Positions 1 through 9,556 of a stretch of DNA of 64,000 bases are shown here, piece by piece. The notes beneath the pieces are model-generated. The model was not told the DNA's origin and ran no database searches. It saw only the letters and a program-made list of their open reading frames with translations. Each line of letters begins with the position of its first letter. Positions within the stretch are counted from its first letter, which is position 1. The translations under genes and the position numbers were made by a program. Source of the DNA: an uncultured Eubacteriales bacterium (GTDB lineage: Bacteria > Bacillota > Clostridia > Christensenellales > CAG-138); assembly GCA_900544965.1 (NCBI GenBank), contig UQXE01000003.1:15120-79119 (forward strand), read 5' to 3'.

Positions 1-97
1 CTTTTACTCAAAATTGCTTGAGTTTTCTTACTATTTTTAATGATGATTTTACACAGACGGGCATAAATGCTATAATTGTGGCTGGAGGTGGTACTCA

Positions 98-547
98 ATG
101 TGGACTAAATGGGACTCACGGTTTATGGAAATGGCGAGAACCATTGCGGGGTGGTCAAGCTGCTATAGGGAGGGGCGCAAAATAGGCGCTGTAATAGTAA
201 AAAATAAGAGAATACTAACAACAGGATACAATGGCGCTCCTTCAGGCGTAGCCAGTTGCGTTGAACGCTGTGAATGCATGCGCGACAGGTTGGGAATACC
301 CTCCGGCACCCAGCATGAATTATGCTATGGAATACACGCTGAACAAAACGCCATAATCCAGGCGGCAAAGCTCGGAGTAAGCATCGAAGCGGCTACCCTG
401 TACTGTACTCACCAGCCGTGCGTGATCTGCGCCAAAATGATAGTGAACGCGGGAATAGCGCAGGTTATATATGGAGAGGGCTATCCCGACGAGTTTTCCT
501 TAGAAATATTCAGGTTGGCCGGAATTCCCATAAGAAAGTATGAATAA
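98..547 (+). CDS. comEB: dCMP deaminase (zinc-dependent cytidine/deoxycytidylate deaminase family)
   Basis: 149-aa ORF with the deaminase zinc signature HAEQNAI ... THQPCVICAKMI (H-A-E and P-C-x-x-C). Confidence 0.85.
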   Translation: MWTKWDSRFMEMARTIAGWSSCYREGRKIGAVIVKNKRILTTGYNGAPSGVASCVERCECMRDRLGIPSGTQHELCYGIHAEQNAIIQAAKLGVSIEAATLYCTHQPCVICAKMIVNAGIAQVIYGEGYPDEFSLEIFRLAGIPIRKYE

Positions 548-644
548 AATTAAAGAATGCCCGTGGTCTTGACCATTCGCGCATGTTATCCCAGCCGGTG
601 TTTTTTACCGCATAAAATAAAGTTGGAGAGTCTAAAACGAATCT

Positions 645-1733
645 ATGGCCGATAAACTGCCTGATTATGATATAGCCATCATGGGTTTGGGGCCTGCCGG
701 AGCAACGCTGGCCAGGCTTTTAAGCCAAAACTTTAGGGTTATAGCGCTTGATAAAAAGCGTGCGGACGCCGGAAGCGGTTTTAAAAAGCCGTGCGGGGGT
801 CTTTTATCCAGGGACGCGCAAAAGGCGCTGGCGCGCTTCGATCTTACGCTGCCAAAGGACGTGCTGGTTGATCCGCAAATATTCGCCGTAAAGACCATAG
901 ACCTGCGTTCAAGGCTGGTTCGGCACTATCAGCGCTTTTACATAAATCTGGATAGGGATAAGTTTGACAGGTGGCTTACCGGCATGATTCCCGACAGGGT
1001 TAAAATACTGGCGGATTGCCGCTGTACATCGGTAAAGCGAACCGGCCGCGGCTTTTTGATCCGATATGATGAAGCCGGTATGGAGGGCTGCCTGACGGCG
1101 AAATATGTCGTTGGCGCTGATGGGGCCAATTCGCTGCTAAGAAGGTCTCTTTATCCTAATTCGAGAATACGCCACTATATTTCGATCCAGCAATGGTTTA
1201 AAGAAACGCACAGCAGCCCGTTCTATTCCTGTATATTCGATCCCGATACAAGCGACTGCTGTTCATGGTCCATTTCCAAGGACAATGTATTTATATTCGG
1301 CGGGGCATTTCCTCCGGACGACCCCCGGGGCCGCTTTGAGGCCCAAAAGAGCAAGCTGAAACGGGAGTTTGGTTTCCGCTTTGGGGAGCCGATAAGGACG
1401 GAGGCGTGCGTTGTGCTCAGGCCCTCGCTTACGGACAGGTTCTGCTGCGGGGGCGGAGGAGCGTTTTTAATCGGAGAGGCGGCGGGCTTTATCAGCCCGA
1501 GTTCCCTGGAGGGCGTCAGCTTCGCCATAAACAGCGCCCACCTGCTGGCGGATGTTTTAAACTCGGGGCATAGATCGCCAAACCTCGCGTATAGGTCAAA
1601 GACACTGCCAATTCGGATGAAGCTAAGGCTCAAGGCGCTGAAGCTGCCGTTTATGTATTGGCCCGCGGTGCGCAAGCTCATCATGGAGAGCGGGCTCAAG
1701 GCTATAAGGGTAACCGGAAGCGGCGGGCAATAG
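645..1733 (+). CDS. FAD-dependent oxidoreductase (geranylgeranyl-reductase/CbrA-like)
   Basis: 362-aa ORF. It has an N-terminal dinucleotide-binding fingerprint DIAIMGLGPAGATLARLL, an internal VVGADGANSLLRR, and a C-terminal GEAAGFISPSSLEG, as in FAD-dependent reductases. Confidence 0.7.
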   Translation: MADKLPDYDIAIMGLGPAGATLARLLSQNFRVIALDKKRADAGSGFKKPCGGLLSRDAQKALARFDLTLPKDVLVDPQIFAVKTIDLRSRLVRHYQRFYINLDRDKFDRWLTGMIPDRVKILADCRCTSVKRTGRGFLIRYDEAGMEGCLTAKYVVGADGANSLLRRSLYPNSRIRHYISIQQWFKETHSSPFYSCIFDPDTSDCCSWSISKDNVFIFGGAFPPDDPRGRFEAQKSKLKREFGFRFGEPIRTEACVVLRPSLTDRFCCGGGGAFLIGEAAGFISPSSLEGVSFAINSAHLLADVLNSGHRSPNLAYRSKTLPIRMKLRLKALKLPFMYWPAVRKLIMESGLKAIRVTGSGGQ

Positions 1734-1784
1734 AATAGACTTTATTTAAAATAAGTATATTGATAGAGAGGTTGGGGATAGATC

Positions 1785-2087
1785 ATGGTAGATATTACAA
1801 AGCTTCAAAACAGCGTATTTCAAAACAAGCTCAGCAAAGGCTTTAACACTACAGATATCAACACTGAATTCTGCCTGCTGTACGGCGAGGTGGCGGAAGC
1901 CTTTGAAGCATATAAAAATGGTGAGGACGGCATAGGCGAAGAGCTTGCGGACATAGCTATCTATCTTATGGGTTTATCCCAAATGCTCGGCATAAATCTT
2001 GAGGAAGAGATACTAAAAAAGATAGCTAAAAATGAAAACCGGCGCTATGAGGTTATAAACGGGGTGCTTAAACGGATCTGTGATTGA
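1785..2087 (+). CDS. MazG-like nucleotide pyrophosphohydrolase (small all-alpha type)
   Basis: 100-aa ORF. The acidic helix pair EVAEAFEA ... EELADIAIYLMGL is typical of MazG/YpjD-type domains. A purine-rich RBS lies upstream. Confidence 0.6.
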   Translation: MVDITKLQNSVFQNKLSKGFNTTDINTEFCLLYGEVAEAFEAYKNGEDGIGEELADIAIYLMGLSQMLGINLEEEILKKIAKNENRRYEVINGVLKRICD

Positions 2088-2188
2088 TAGGGCCGTTATG
2101 TGTTTTCATGAGTGATCCTGGCCCCATCCCAGCGTTCAGCAATAGCCGCCCGCTTTGGTTGGACCCTTGGGCGCGTTAACCCACCCTG

Positions 2189-2233
2189 AAAGACTTATCA
2201 AAGGGCGCCTGCCGCGCCCTTTGATAAGTCTTT
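2189..2233. terminator. Bidirectional hairpin between convergent genes
   Basis: Perfect 20-bp inverted repeat AAAGACTTATCAAAGGGCGC / GCGCCCTTTGATAAGTCTTT with a 5-nt loop. A/T runs form part of both arms. Confidence 0.6.
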
Positions 2234-2337
2234 GGATATCCCCGAAGGATGCCTATGGGGATTTATTATGTGCGACCCTAAAGCGCCGGTAAAAGCTTAA
2301 TAAACCGATATGGCTTTAATCACGCTTATCTATCGAC

Positions 2338-2820
2338 TTACTCAAAGTCCTCGGGGTCAGGATCGTAAAACGGATTTTCAGCGCTGCCGTCGTCCACGCC
2401 CGATTCTGTCCGCGGCTTTGCAGGGGTTTTCGCCGCCCTTTGTTCTTCGTCGCCGTCATGGCCTGGATTTGCCTTTTCTTTGTTCCTGGCTTCGTCGCTG
2501 TAGCGCGACGGCACGGGCTGGAACCGCTTTTCCGGGTCGGTGTGCTTGTAAGTAAGCGCCGGTATGGCTATCAATGGAGCGATAATAACAGCGCCCAGCA
2601 CAAATCTGAGCCACACCATATCCTCAAATATCCCCAAAAGCTCCAATGCGCTTACTCCCAGAAGCATCGCAGCGTCAATAAACAGCAAAATCCGCACCTG
2701 CTTTACATGCAGCTTAACCTTATCCTCATAAATCCGCTCCAGCGAGTATATTTTCCCCTTGCCCTTTATAGCCAGATACAGCAGATAAACGGCAACCAAG
2801 ATAAATAGCACAACGCCCAT
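2338..2820 (-). CDS. Hypothetical small membrane protein with acidic C-terminal tail
   Basis: I set the start at MGVVLFILV (ATG at 2820), preceded by GGAGGCGTAAAA. The protein has hydrophobic segments followed by a charged tail. The longer ORF to 2892 would overlap the cysS stop. Confidence 0.5.
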   Translation of the reverse strand: MGVVLFILVAVYLLYLAIKGKGKIYSLERIYEDKVKLHVKQVRILLFIDAAMLLGVSALELLGIFEDMVWLRFVLGAVIIAPLIAIPALTYKHTDPEKRFQPVPSRYSDEARNKEKANPGHDGDEEQRAAKTPAKPRTESGVDDGSAENPFYDPDPEDFE

Positions 2821-2884
2821 TTTTACGCCTCCTTCTTCTGTAAAACTAGTGAAAACCCTTAATCGCCGACTTGACGTCTTAAGT

Positions 2885-4279
2885 TCACGCAAGCGGCTTT
2901 AACTTTGCACCCTGCGGCGAGTCCTCAACAGCAAAGCCCATGGCTTTAAGCTCGTCGCGTATCGCGTCCGCCCTAGCCCAATCCCTTGCGCGCCTCGCGG
3001 CGGCGCGCTCGTTGAGCAGGTTGAGCGCGGCCTCCGGAAACTCGGCCCGCGTTTTTGTCTCTATCCCCAATACGCCCGCAAGCTCATCAAACAGCTCTTG
3101 CGCCCTTTTAACGGCCCCTGCGCTCCTAGGCTCGGTTACAAAGGTGTTGCAGGCCCGTATCAGCTCAAACAGCGTTCCGATCGCGTCGGCTGTATTGAGA
3201 TCGTCGTCCATGGCCCTGATAAACGCCTCGCTAAAGACATTCAGCGAATCAATAAAGGCGCCTTCGGCTTTCGTGTCCGGCGCATCCGAAACGCGCGCCT
3301 CGGCCAGCCGCTCCCTTGCCGTGCGTATTCTCGCGCAAGCGGTCTCGGCCTGTTCCATAAGCTCGCGTGAGAAGTTAATCGGGCTTCTGTAATGAGCCGA
3401 AAGCATAAACAGCCTCAATGCGTCCGGTTCGAATTCGGATACTATGTCGCGAACAGTCCTGAAGTTGCCAAGGCTCTTCGACATCTTTTGATTATTGACG
3501 TTTATATAGCCGTTATGCATCCAGTAACGCGCAAACGGCCTTCCGGTAGCGGCTTCGCTTTGGGCTATTTCGTTTTCGTGATGCGGAAACATAAGGTCCT
3601 GTCCGCCCGCGTGTATGTCAAAGGTCTCCCCTAAAAGCCGCATGCTCATCGCCGAGCATTCTATGTGCCAGCCAGGCCGCCCTTCGCCCCACGGCGCCTC
3701 CCAATACGGCTCCCCAGGCTTGCGCCCCTTCCACAGGGCAAAGTCCAGCGGGTCGCGCTTTTGCTCGGAGGGGTCTATGCGCGCGCCGCTCTCAAGCGAC
3801 TCTATCGACTGGCCGGTCAGCCTCCCATATGAGGGATAGCTGCGGACAGAAAAGTATACGTCGCCGTTATCAGCCGCATAGGCATAGCCCATATCGATTA
3901 AGCGCTGTATCAGGCCGATGATATCGCCTATATGCTCCGTGGCATGCGGGCTGAATGTGGCGTCGCTCACGTGAAGGGCCCTCGCGTCCGTATAATATTC
4001 CGCTATATATCTGTCCGCCACAGCTTGAACCGAGCAGCCCTCCTCGGCGGCCCTGCGTATCAGTTTATCGTCTATATCCGTAAAGTTCTGAACGAAGGTC
4101 ACCTTATATCCCCTGTACTCAAGATACCTCCTCAAAGTATCAAATACAATCAGCGGTCTGGCGTTTCCAACGTGTATGAAATTGTAAACCGTCGGCCCGC
4201 ATACATACATGCTGATCTCACCCTGCTTTATGGGGGTCAGTTCCTCTTTTCTGCGCGTCATGGTGTTGTATATAAGCAC
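2885..4279 (-). CDS. cysS: Cysteine--tRNA ligase
   Basis: 464-aa ORF with class I motifs HVGNARP (HIGH-type) and KMSKS. GTG start preceded by GGAGGAATATT. N-terminus [13 protein letters not shown] is typical of CysS. Confidence 0.95.
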   Translation of the reverse strand: MLIYNTMTRRKEELTPIKQGEISMYVCGPTVYNFIHVGNARPLIVFDTLRRYLEYRGYKVTFVQNFTDIDDKLIRRAAEEGCSVQAVADRYIAEYYTDARALHVSDATFSPHATEHIGDIIGLIQRLIDMGYAYAADNGDVYFSVRSYPSYGRLTGQSIESLESGARIDPSEQKRDPLDFALWKGRKPGEPYWEAPWGEGRPGWHIECSAMSMRLLGETFDIHAGGQDLMFPHHENEIAQSEAATGRPFARYWMHNGYINVNNQKMSKSLGNFRTVRDIVSEFEPDALRLFMLSAHYRSPINFSRELMEQAETACARIRTARERLAEARVSDAPDTKAEGAFIDSLNVFSEAFIRAMDDDLNTADAIGTLFELIRACNTFVTEPRSAGAVKRAQELFDELAGVLGIETKTRAEFPEAALNLLNERAAARRARDWARADAIRDELKAMGFAVEDSPQGAKLKPLA

Positions 4280-4564
4280 AATATTCCTCCCTTAAGCATA
4301 TGATCTTGCATTTAGCCTTGCATTATAATATCATAGTTCCATCAAACTTGATAACGTTTTATTTTAAGGGAAAACGGCGGCTTAACAAATAATTTTTTAT
4401 TCGTGGTATTCGACATTGTTTTCAATGATGATCTGTTAAAATTAAGGTCCATTGTATTGATTAAAGTTATATATTATGATATTGTTTATATATACTTTAT
4501 AGTAATAGGAGGTAATAACTATGCAAGTTCAAATGCGACGATTGTTTCTAATGGTACTGTGATA

Positions 4565-5173
4565 ATGTTTCTATTCACAATGCCATATGTTCTTGCCGAA
4601 GATGGAAACGCCGCGCGTTCGGTTTATCTGAACTGCTGGTGGAGCGACGTAAACGAAGTCTTTTATCACCAAAGTCAACCGGTAATGTGCTACAAATCCG
4701 CGGTAAGCGACAGCCTTCTCACAGCCGAAAGGATCAAGAACTATTGCAGGGCCGGTTTTATCCAATGGGGCAGCGCCACAGGATTTAGTATTGCTGAAAC
4801 CACAAGTCCGACCTCGGCCGATATACTGATTGACGGGGTATCCAGGGCAACGGCTATCGGACGTGGCGTTTCTCTTTACGCATATGCCGCGGTTCTTCCC
4901 GCCAATACAACATACGTAGATATAGGCGTATATAACGGAAAAAACTATACCATAAGAAAGTTCGCGGCCAGGGTTAATGTGCTTTTTATTGAAAACTCCA
5001 TGAACAGCGAATCGGAATGGCGGAAGGTGGCCGTACACGAAATAGGGCATGCTTTGGGCTATACAGGCCACTTTAACGGCGGATACGTGATGACGCAATA
5101 TTTTGAAGATATCCAATCCCGGCCCAGCACAAAGGAATTCAACCATCTCGGCCAGATCTATGACAGATTTTAG
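4565..5173 (+). CDS. Metzincin-type zinc metalloprotease (secreted; signal peptide apparently disrupted)
   Basis: Contains HEIGHALGYTGH (HExxHxxGxxH). The ORF is open from 4403, but the only good RBS (AGGAGG) serves an ATG at 4521 in another frame, which stops after 13 codons. See findings. Confidence 0.6.
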   Translation: MFLFTMPYVLAEDGNAARSVYLNCWWSDVNEVFYHQSQPVMCYKSAVSDSLLTAERIKNYCRAGFIQWGSATGFSIAETTSPTSADILIDGVSRATAIGRGVSLYAYAAVLPANTTYVDIGVYNGKNYTIRKFAARVNVLFIENSMNSESEWRKVAVHEIGHALGYTGHFNGGYVMTQYFEDIQSRPSTKEFNHLGQIYDRF

Positions 5174-5214
5174 TGAAATTGAATATTAATATAATAAGTT
5201 AGGAGGCAACCATA

Positions 5215-5814
5215 ATGAACTCAAAGGTTATTTTCAAAACATGTTGCATGCTTATCGCCATTCTCTTATTGGCTATGAGCATATTTGGATGCACGGCCAG
5301 TCCTTCGAATTCCCCTGAAGAGGACGGCGGACAGACGAGCCAGGGTTCCGCAGTATACGGGGATAAGCAGAAAAGCCTTGACGACCTTGTCAAAAACGCG
5401 GATCTTATCGTTTATGGCGTAGCGGGAAAGGTAATATTGGAACAGGAAGCTGGAGATACGATTGAGTTTCGTGTTGAAAAATGTATAAAAGGCTTGGACG
5501 GGGACACGATCAGGACGGCTAACCCCAAAACCAATATAATTAACATAATGCAGATGTATTCAGTTCCGACCAGGTTTGAGGAAGGTCAACGTTACGTTCT
5601 AGCCTTAGCCACTATTGACAGCGTCCTTGACGAGGAAGCAGCAAAATTGGGCATAGTAAGGAACTGCGTCCTTGGCGCGGAAAGACAGGGTTTGTTTCAG
5701 GTAGACGATTCGGGCAGGGTAACATGGGACGAGAGTTTTGATTCAGAACTCAAAACCAAAAACCCAACCGTTGACGAGCTGCTATCCCAGTTTGAGGGTA
5801 TGCTTGCGAAATAA
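5215..5814 (+). CDS. Hypothetical lipoprotein
   Basis: 199-aa ORF. AGGAGG RBS. Signal peptide ends in the lipobox-like LAMSIFGC. Confidence 0.55.
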   Translation: MNSKVIFKTCCMLIAILLLAMSIFGCTASPSNSPEEDGGQTSQGSAVYGDKQKSLDDLVKNADLIVYGVAGKVILEQEAGDTIEFRVEKCIKGLDGDTIRTANPKTNIINIMQMYSVPTRFEEGQRYVLALATIDSVLDEEAAKLGIVRNCVLGAERQGLFQVDDSGRVTWDESFDSELKTKNPTVDELLSQFEGMLAK

Positions 5815-6284
5815 TCCCTTTTTAATCTTGCCGCGCTTCAGTCTTTGATTATCCGAACACAATTCCCATTTTAAATCCCAGCCGCCGAAGCTCGGTATGG
5901 CGCAGGGCAAACGCCTAACCTGCCGCGCAGAGCTGCGCTTTTTATTAAAGAGCCGGTCTTTGCGGACTTCTACTAATCGTTATAAGGACATTAAGGCATG
6001 ATTTTACCGCAAAATCCATATGTTAACAAAAACTTTACACTTTGCCTTTTGTCTATTGCTAATGACATCGACAAGGTAAAAATGTAATTTTTGATAAAAA
6101 TCGTGTCTTTTAACCGTCAGCTTCAAATTCCGGCTTTATTATCAGTATGATGCTGAAGCCTTGACCCGCATGGTTTTCTGGCTTTGGATCGCGATGTTTA
6201 TTTCGTTTTAAATACTGTTTTAGCAAATATTAGATTATTTTATATATTGTTGTAGAAAGTGCCTAATTATAGTTGTTATTTATC

Positions 6285-6313
6285 TTGCAATAACCGGATC
6301 TATCCGCTATAAT
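6285..6313 (+). promoter_or_regulatory. Sigma-A type promoter
   Basis: TTGCAA (6285-6290), a 17-nt spacer, then TATAAT (6308-6313). It lies about 200 nt upstream of the 6511 ORF. Confidence 0.5.
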
Positions 6314-6510
6314 GATGCATGCGGTGGCGGATGCCGTAAAATACCAAATTGTACGGAGGTGGTTCTATAAGACCCGCGTAAAGATATAGAGTTCGTATAT
6401 TCCAAAATCAGCAATAGCCAACCTGCACTTACGGAAGTAAGAATACTTTAAGTCAAATATAAAAACAATATTGATATCAAAAAATATCATTAACTACTTG
6501 GAGGTAAACA

Positions 6511-6810
6511 ATGAAACTCAATCGTAAAACCAGAATAATCAGTCTTGTATTAGCTATGGCAGTACTGGTAGCTCTTTGCATCACCGGCTGCGCATGCGAC
6601 GACGGCCCCAGCGCAAGCCCGTCGGCAAAGCCGGCTACGCCTACTCCGATTGCTACGCCTAAGGCCACCACGCCGGCGGCAACCCCGACGAAGGCTCCTG
6701 TAACGTCAGCAACGCCTGCAACATCAGCTACACCCGACGCTGATGCTTCGGCCACACCTGACACATCGGCCACTCCCGATGCTTCACCCACAGGCGGAGC
6801 TAACGACTAA
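6511..6810 (+). CDS. Small Pro/Thr/Ala-rich lipoprotein
   Basis: 99-aa ORF. GGAGG RBS. Lipobox LCITGC. The rest is low-complexity (A/T/P)n, for example ATPTPIATPKATTPAATPTKAP. Confidence 0.5.
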   Translation: MKLNRKTRIISLVLAMAVLVALCITGCACDDGPSASPSAKPATPTPIATPKATTPAATPTKAPVTSATPATSATPDADASATPDTSATPDASPTGGAND

Positions 6811-7169
6811 TAACACCCAACTGAGCATATAGGAGCCAGATATACGGCGATAATTATGACAGTTTGGCTGAGCTGATATTGATACATGGATCTTTCCATG
6901 TTTGGAATTTGTCTGTTGATCTTAACTTAATTCGGACGATTGCGGCGTTCTGCGCGTGAGGACGATATGGTTTCAAAGCCAGTATGCCGTTAACACCGCT
7001 TGATGGTATGCTCAACGGATAATATTGAAGTAAACCCGCCCATGGGATGAGGTTTAATCGGTCCTGATGGACTCTGCTAAGCTTTTTACATCCCAAAGGA
7101 CGGACTATTCTCTAGTTTGGTACATTCCTATATGGTATAAATCAAATTTTGGTTTAGCTTCAATATCCA

Positions 7170-7197
7170 TCCCCCGGACGCTCCGGGGGTTTTTATT
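7170..7197 (+). terminator. Rho-independent terminator
   Basis: CCCCCGGA cgc TCCGGGGG followed by TTTTTATTTT. Confidence 0.75.
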
Positions 7198-7623
7198 TTA
7201 TGGGTAAAAACCTTATAGAGCCTAAAAGGTATACAAGCGGCGTTTGATCTGATTTAATTTATTATGCTACCCTCAGTTGACGAGGGTAATGTTTTCTTAT
7301 ATCCCTTAAGTTACGAATTAACCAGATAATCCATATCATGAAATCATGGCGCCTTCTGTTCGTTGCGTACGCATCCGCCTTCAAGCCGAATCTGGCCTTG
7401 CTGGGTATGCTGAAAAGGCGCCCGCCTAACCCGTATTGGAGTCGAAACAGCCTAAATCATGAAGGAAAGTTATTCAATCGTGCGTTTACAGGCAAATTTT
7501 TCATTACTGTTTTATCATAAGCTCCGTCCATATTAAAAGGCGCGCATGACCAAAGCTATAATGCTCACCCCAAAACTGCGCTATGGCTTTCTTCATGATA
7601 GCTCATTTGCCTGCAGGATCATA

Positions 7624-7651
7624 GTAAAAAGGGGCGCAAGCGTGCGGCCCC
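7624..7651 (-). terminator. Rho-independent terminator of the ABC exporter operon
   Basis: The minus strand reads GGGGCCGCA cgct TGCGCCCC followed by TTTTT. It lies about 60 nt downstream of the stop at 7712. Confidence 0.6.
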
Positions 7652-7711
7652 TCATAAATATTTTCGTATCAAAATAATAATGCGTCCTTGCTCCTGTTCG
7701 GCCGCCCAGTA

Positions 7712-9511
7712 TCAGGCGCACCTCTCAGATCCGCTGCCATTGAGCCACTCGGACTGAGCGTCCCACATCTCGCGGTAAAGGCCGTTATTCTGCATAAGCT
7801 CATCATGCGTCCCCAGCTCCGCCAGCTCCCCTGAATCCATTACGGCAATCCTGTCGGCTATGCGGCACGATCCCAGTCTGTGGGTAACTATTATGGCGGT
7901 ATTCTCTTTGGCTATCTCAGCAAACTTTTTATACACCCTGGTCTCCTCCAGCGGATCGATCGCCGCGGTAGGCTCATCCAGCACGATAAGGTCATGGTTT
8001 CTGAACAGGCCCCGCGCAATCGCAATCCTCTGCCATTGGCCTCCCGATACATCCACGCCGTCAAATTCCTTTGAAAGCATCGTATCAAGGCCTTTTGGAT
8101 AGCTTTCCCCCTGTATGTCAACGTCGCCCTGCTCCGCCGCTTTCTCAATCCCTTCCGCCTTTCTCAGGTCCGCTATATGTATATTTCGCTCAAGCGTCAT
8201 CTTATATCTTCCAAAGTCCTGGAATACCGCGGAAGTATTTTTAAACATAGCGTTGGGGTCCGCTTCCCTGGAATCCACCCCGCCGATGCTTACAGCTCCT
8301 GACGTCGGCGTGTAAAGGCCCATCAGCAGCTTTACAAGCGTGGATTTCCCCGCTCCGTTTGTGCCTACGACCGCAAGCGTCTCTCCTGGGCGTATTGTCA
8401 GGCTGACGCCTCTTATGCTCTCCTTCTCACTGCCTGGATATGTAAACCTCACATCCTTCAGCTCAATCCCACGATCAACCTCGACCTTCTTATCGCCCTC
8501 CCTCTCCTGCATCTCCAGCAGCCTGATAAGGTTTACCGCGGCGCCCTTTTCCTGGAGGGCGGAACCCACGTTCTGCACGATCATCTCCTCCATCATGCCG
8601 AAAAGCCATCCTATGCTGGCAAATACCGCGGCGAACTGGCCGGCCGCAATGTCTCCTGATAGCAGCGCAGTGACCAGCAGGTAGAGCAGAAAGCCGTAGG
8701 CGATAAGGGTGAGCGCCTTCATCAACAGCTCAATTATGCCCGATTTGCGCTCGGCGCGCCATTTCTCCTTATTCAGCAGCCCTATGCTTTCCCTGTATAG
8801 CTTTCTATAAAAGGTGAATGCTCCTAACAGCCGTGTTTCCTTGAAAAATTGCCTGTCCCCAACACATTTTTCATAGTGCTCGACGCGCCTGCGCGAAGGG
8901 GCGGATTTTTCCTCCAGCTCGGAAAACGCTTTAACCTTGACTATCTGGCCAAGGAGCACGGGAATGAATACTATTATTGGCGCAATCCCCAGTATTGGCT
9001 TAAGCGTATACAGGTATGCGCCCATCAATATAAAATAGGGCAGATAGCCGAATACCACCAACAGCAACAGTACAACAAGGACCGAACCGTTCGTCGCGCC
9101 GACTTCAGCCTTATTTATCGCGTCCAGCATGGACGGATCCTCAAAGGCGGTCACCGGCAGCTTTTTCACCTTTTTATGGATGTGGGGCAGTATGGAGCTT
9201 TCACACCTTCTCCACAGGTCCGGCAGCCACAGGTTAACAGCCCCATTTAGTAACGGCGTTGCGAGAACAATGGCAAGCACGCCAAGGAACCACAGGATTG
9301 GCTCTGTGTAGCTGCCGCTTCCTACAGCCATTTCAACGGATGTAAACAAATTCGCCGTTAGAATTGTCTGTCCAACCATCAAAGCCATCATCAGCAGCGT
9401 TACAAGCATTATAGAAAACGTAACCTTCTTGTTTTCCTTAAAAAGGTATGGGGTAAAGCTTTTTATAACCTTGTATACCGATACGTTTTTTTGATCCGCG
9501 GCAGTTTTCAT
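7712..9511 (-). CDS. ABC exporter, fused permease/ATPase subunit (heterodimer partner 2)
   Basis: 599 aa. N-terminal TM domain. Walker A GTNGAGKST, signature VSGGQWQRIAIAR, Walker B LIVLDEPTAAID. Confidence 0.9.
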   Translation of the reverse strand: MKTAADQKNVSVYKVIKSFTPYLFKENKKVTFSIMLVTLLMMALMVGQTILTANLFTSVEMAVGSGSYTEPILWFLGVLAIVLATPLLNGAVNLWLPDLWRRCESSILPHIHKKVKKLPVTAFEDPSMLDAINKAEVGATNGSVLVVLLLLVVFGYLPYFILMGAYLYTLKPILGIAPIIVFIPVLLGQIVKVKAFSELEEKSAPSRRRVEHYEKCVGDRQFFKETRLLGAFTFYRKLYRESIGLLNKEKWRAERKSGIIELLMKALTLIAYGFLLYLLVTALLSGDIAAGQFAAVFASIGWLFGMMEEMIVQNVGSALQEKGAAVNLIRLLEMQEREGDKKVEVDRGIELKDVRFTYPGSEKESIRGVSLTIRPGETLAVVGTNGAGKSTLVKLLMGLYTPTSGAVSIGGVDSREADPNAMFKNTSAVFQDFGRYKMTLERNIHIADLRKAEGIEKAAEQGDVDIQGESYPKGLDTMLSKEFDGVDVSGGQWQRIAIARGLFRNHDLIVLDEPTAAIDPLEETRVYKKFAEIAKENTAIIVTHRLGSCRIADRIAVMDSGELAELGTHDELMQNNGLYREMWDAQSEWLNGSGSERCA

Positions 9512-9556
9512 ATATTACCTCCACAAACATTCATATGGATTGTTAAGTACGAAGAA

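Noticed and set aside
2310-2808. Plus-strand ORFs 2310-2555 and 2440-2808.
   Set aside because: They overlap the better-supported minus-strand membrane-protein gene (RBS, TM helices) and lack an RBS.
4280-4520. T-box leader upstream of cysS.
   Set aside because: The minus-strand leader lacks the T-box sequence (AAnnnGGGUGGnACCGCG) and a specifier-loop context. The region is AT-rich promoter-like DNA.
6477-6791. 104-aa minus-strand ORF rich in GVA repeats.
   Set aside because: It is the antisense reading of the PT-rich lipoprotein gene. The plus-strand ORF has the RBS and lipobox.
7338-7520. 60-aa ORF, and a 30-codon minus-strand ORF (MKKAIAQFWGEHYSFGHARL...), in the 7.2-7.7 kb spacer.
   Set aside because: Both are short, lack an RBS and have no recognisable domain. 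They may be gene remnants, but this is unsupported.
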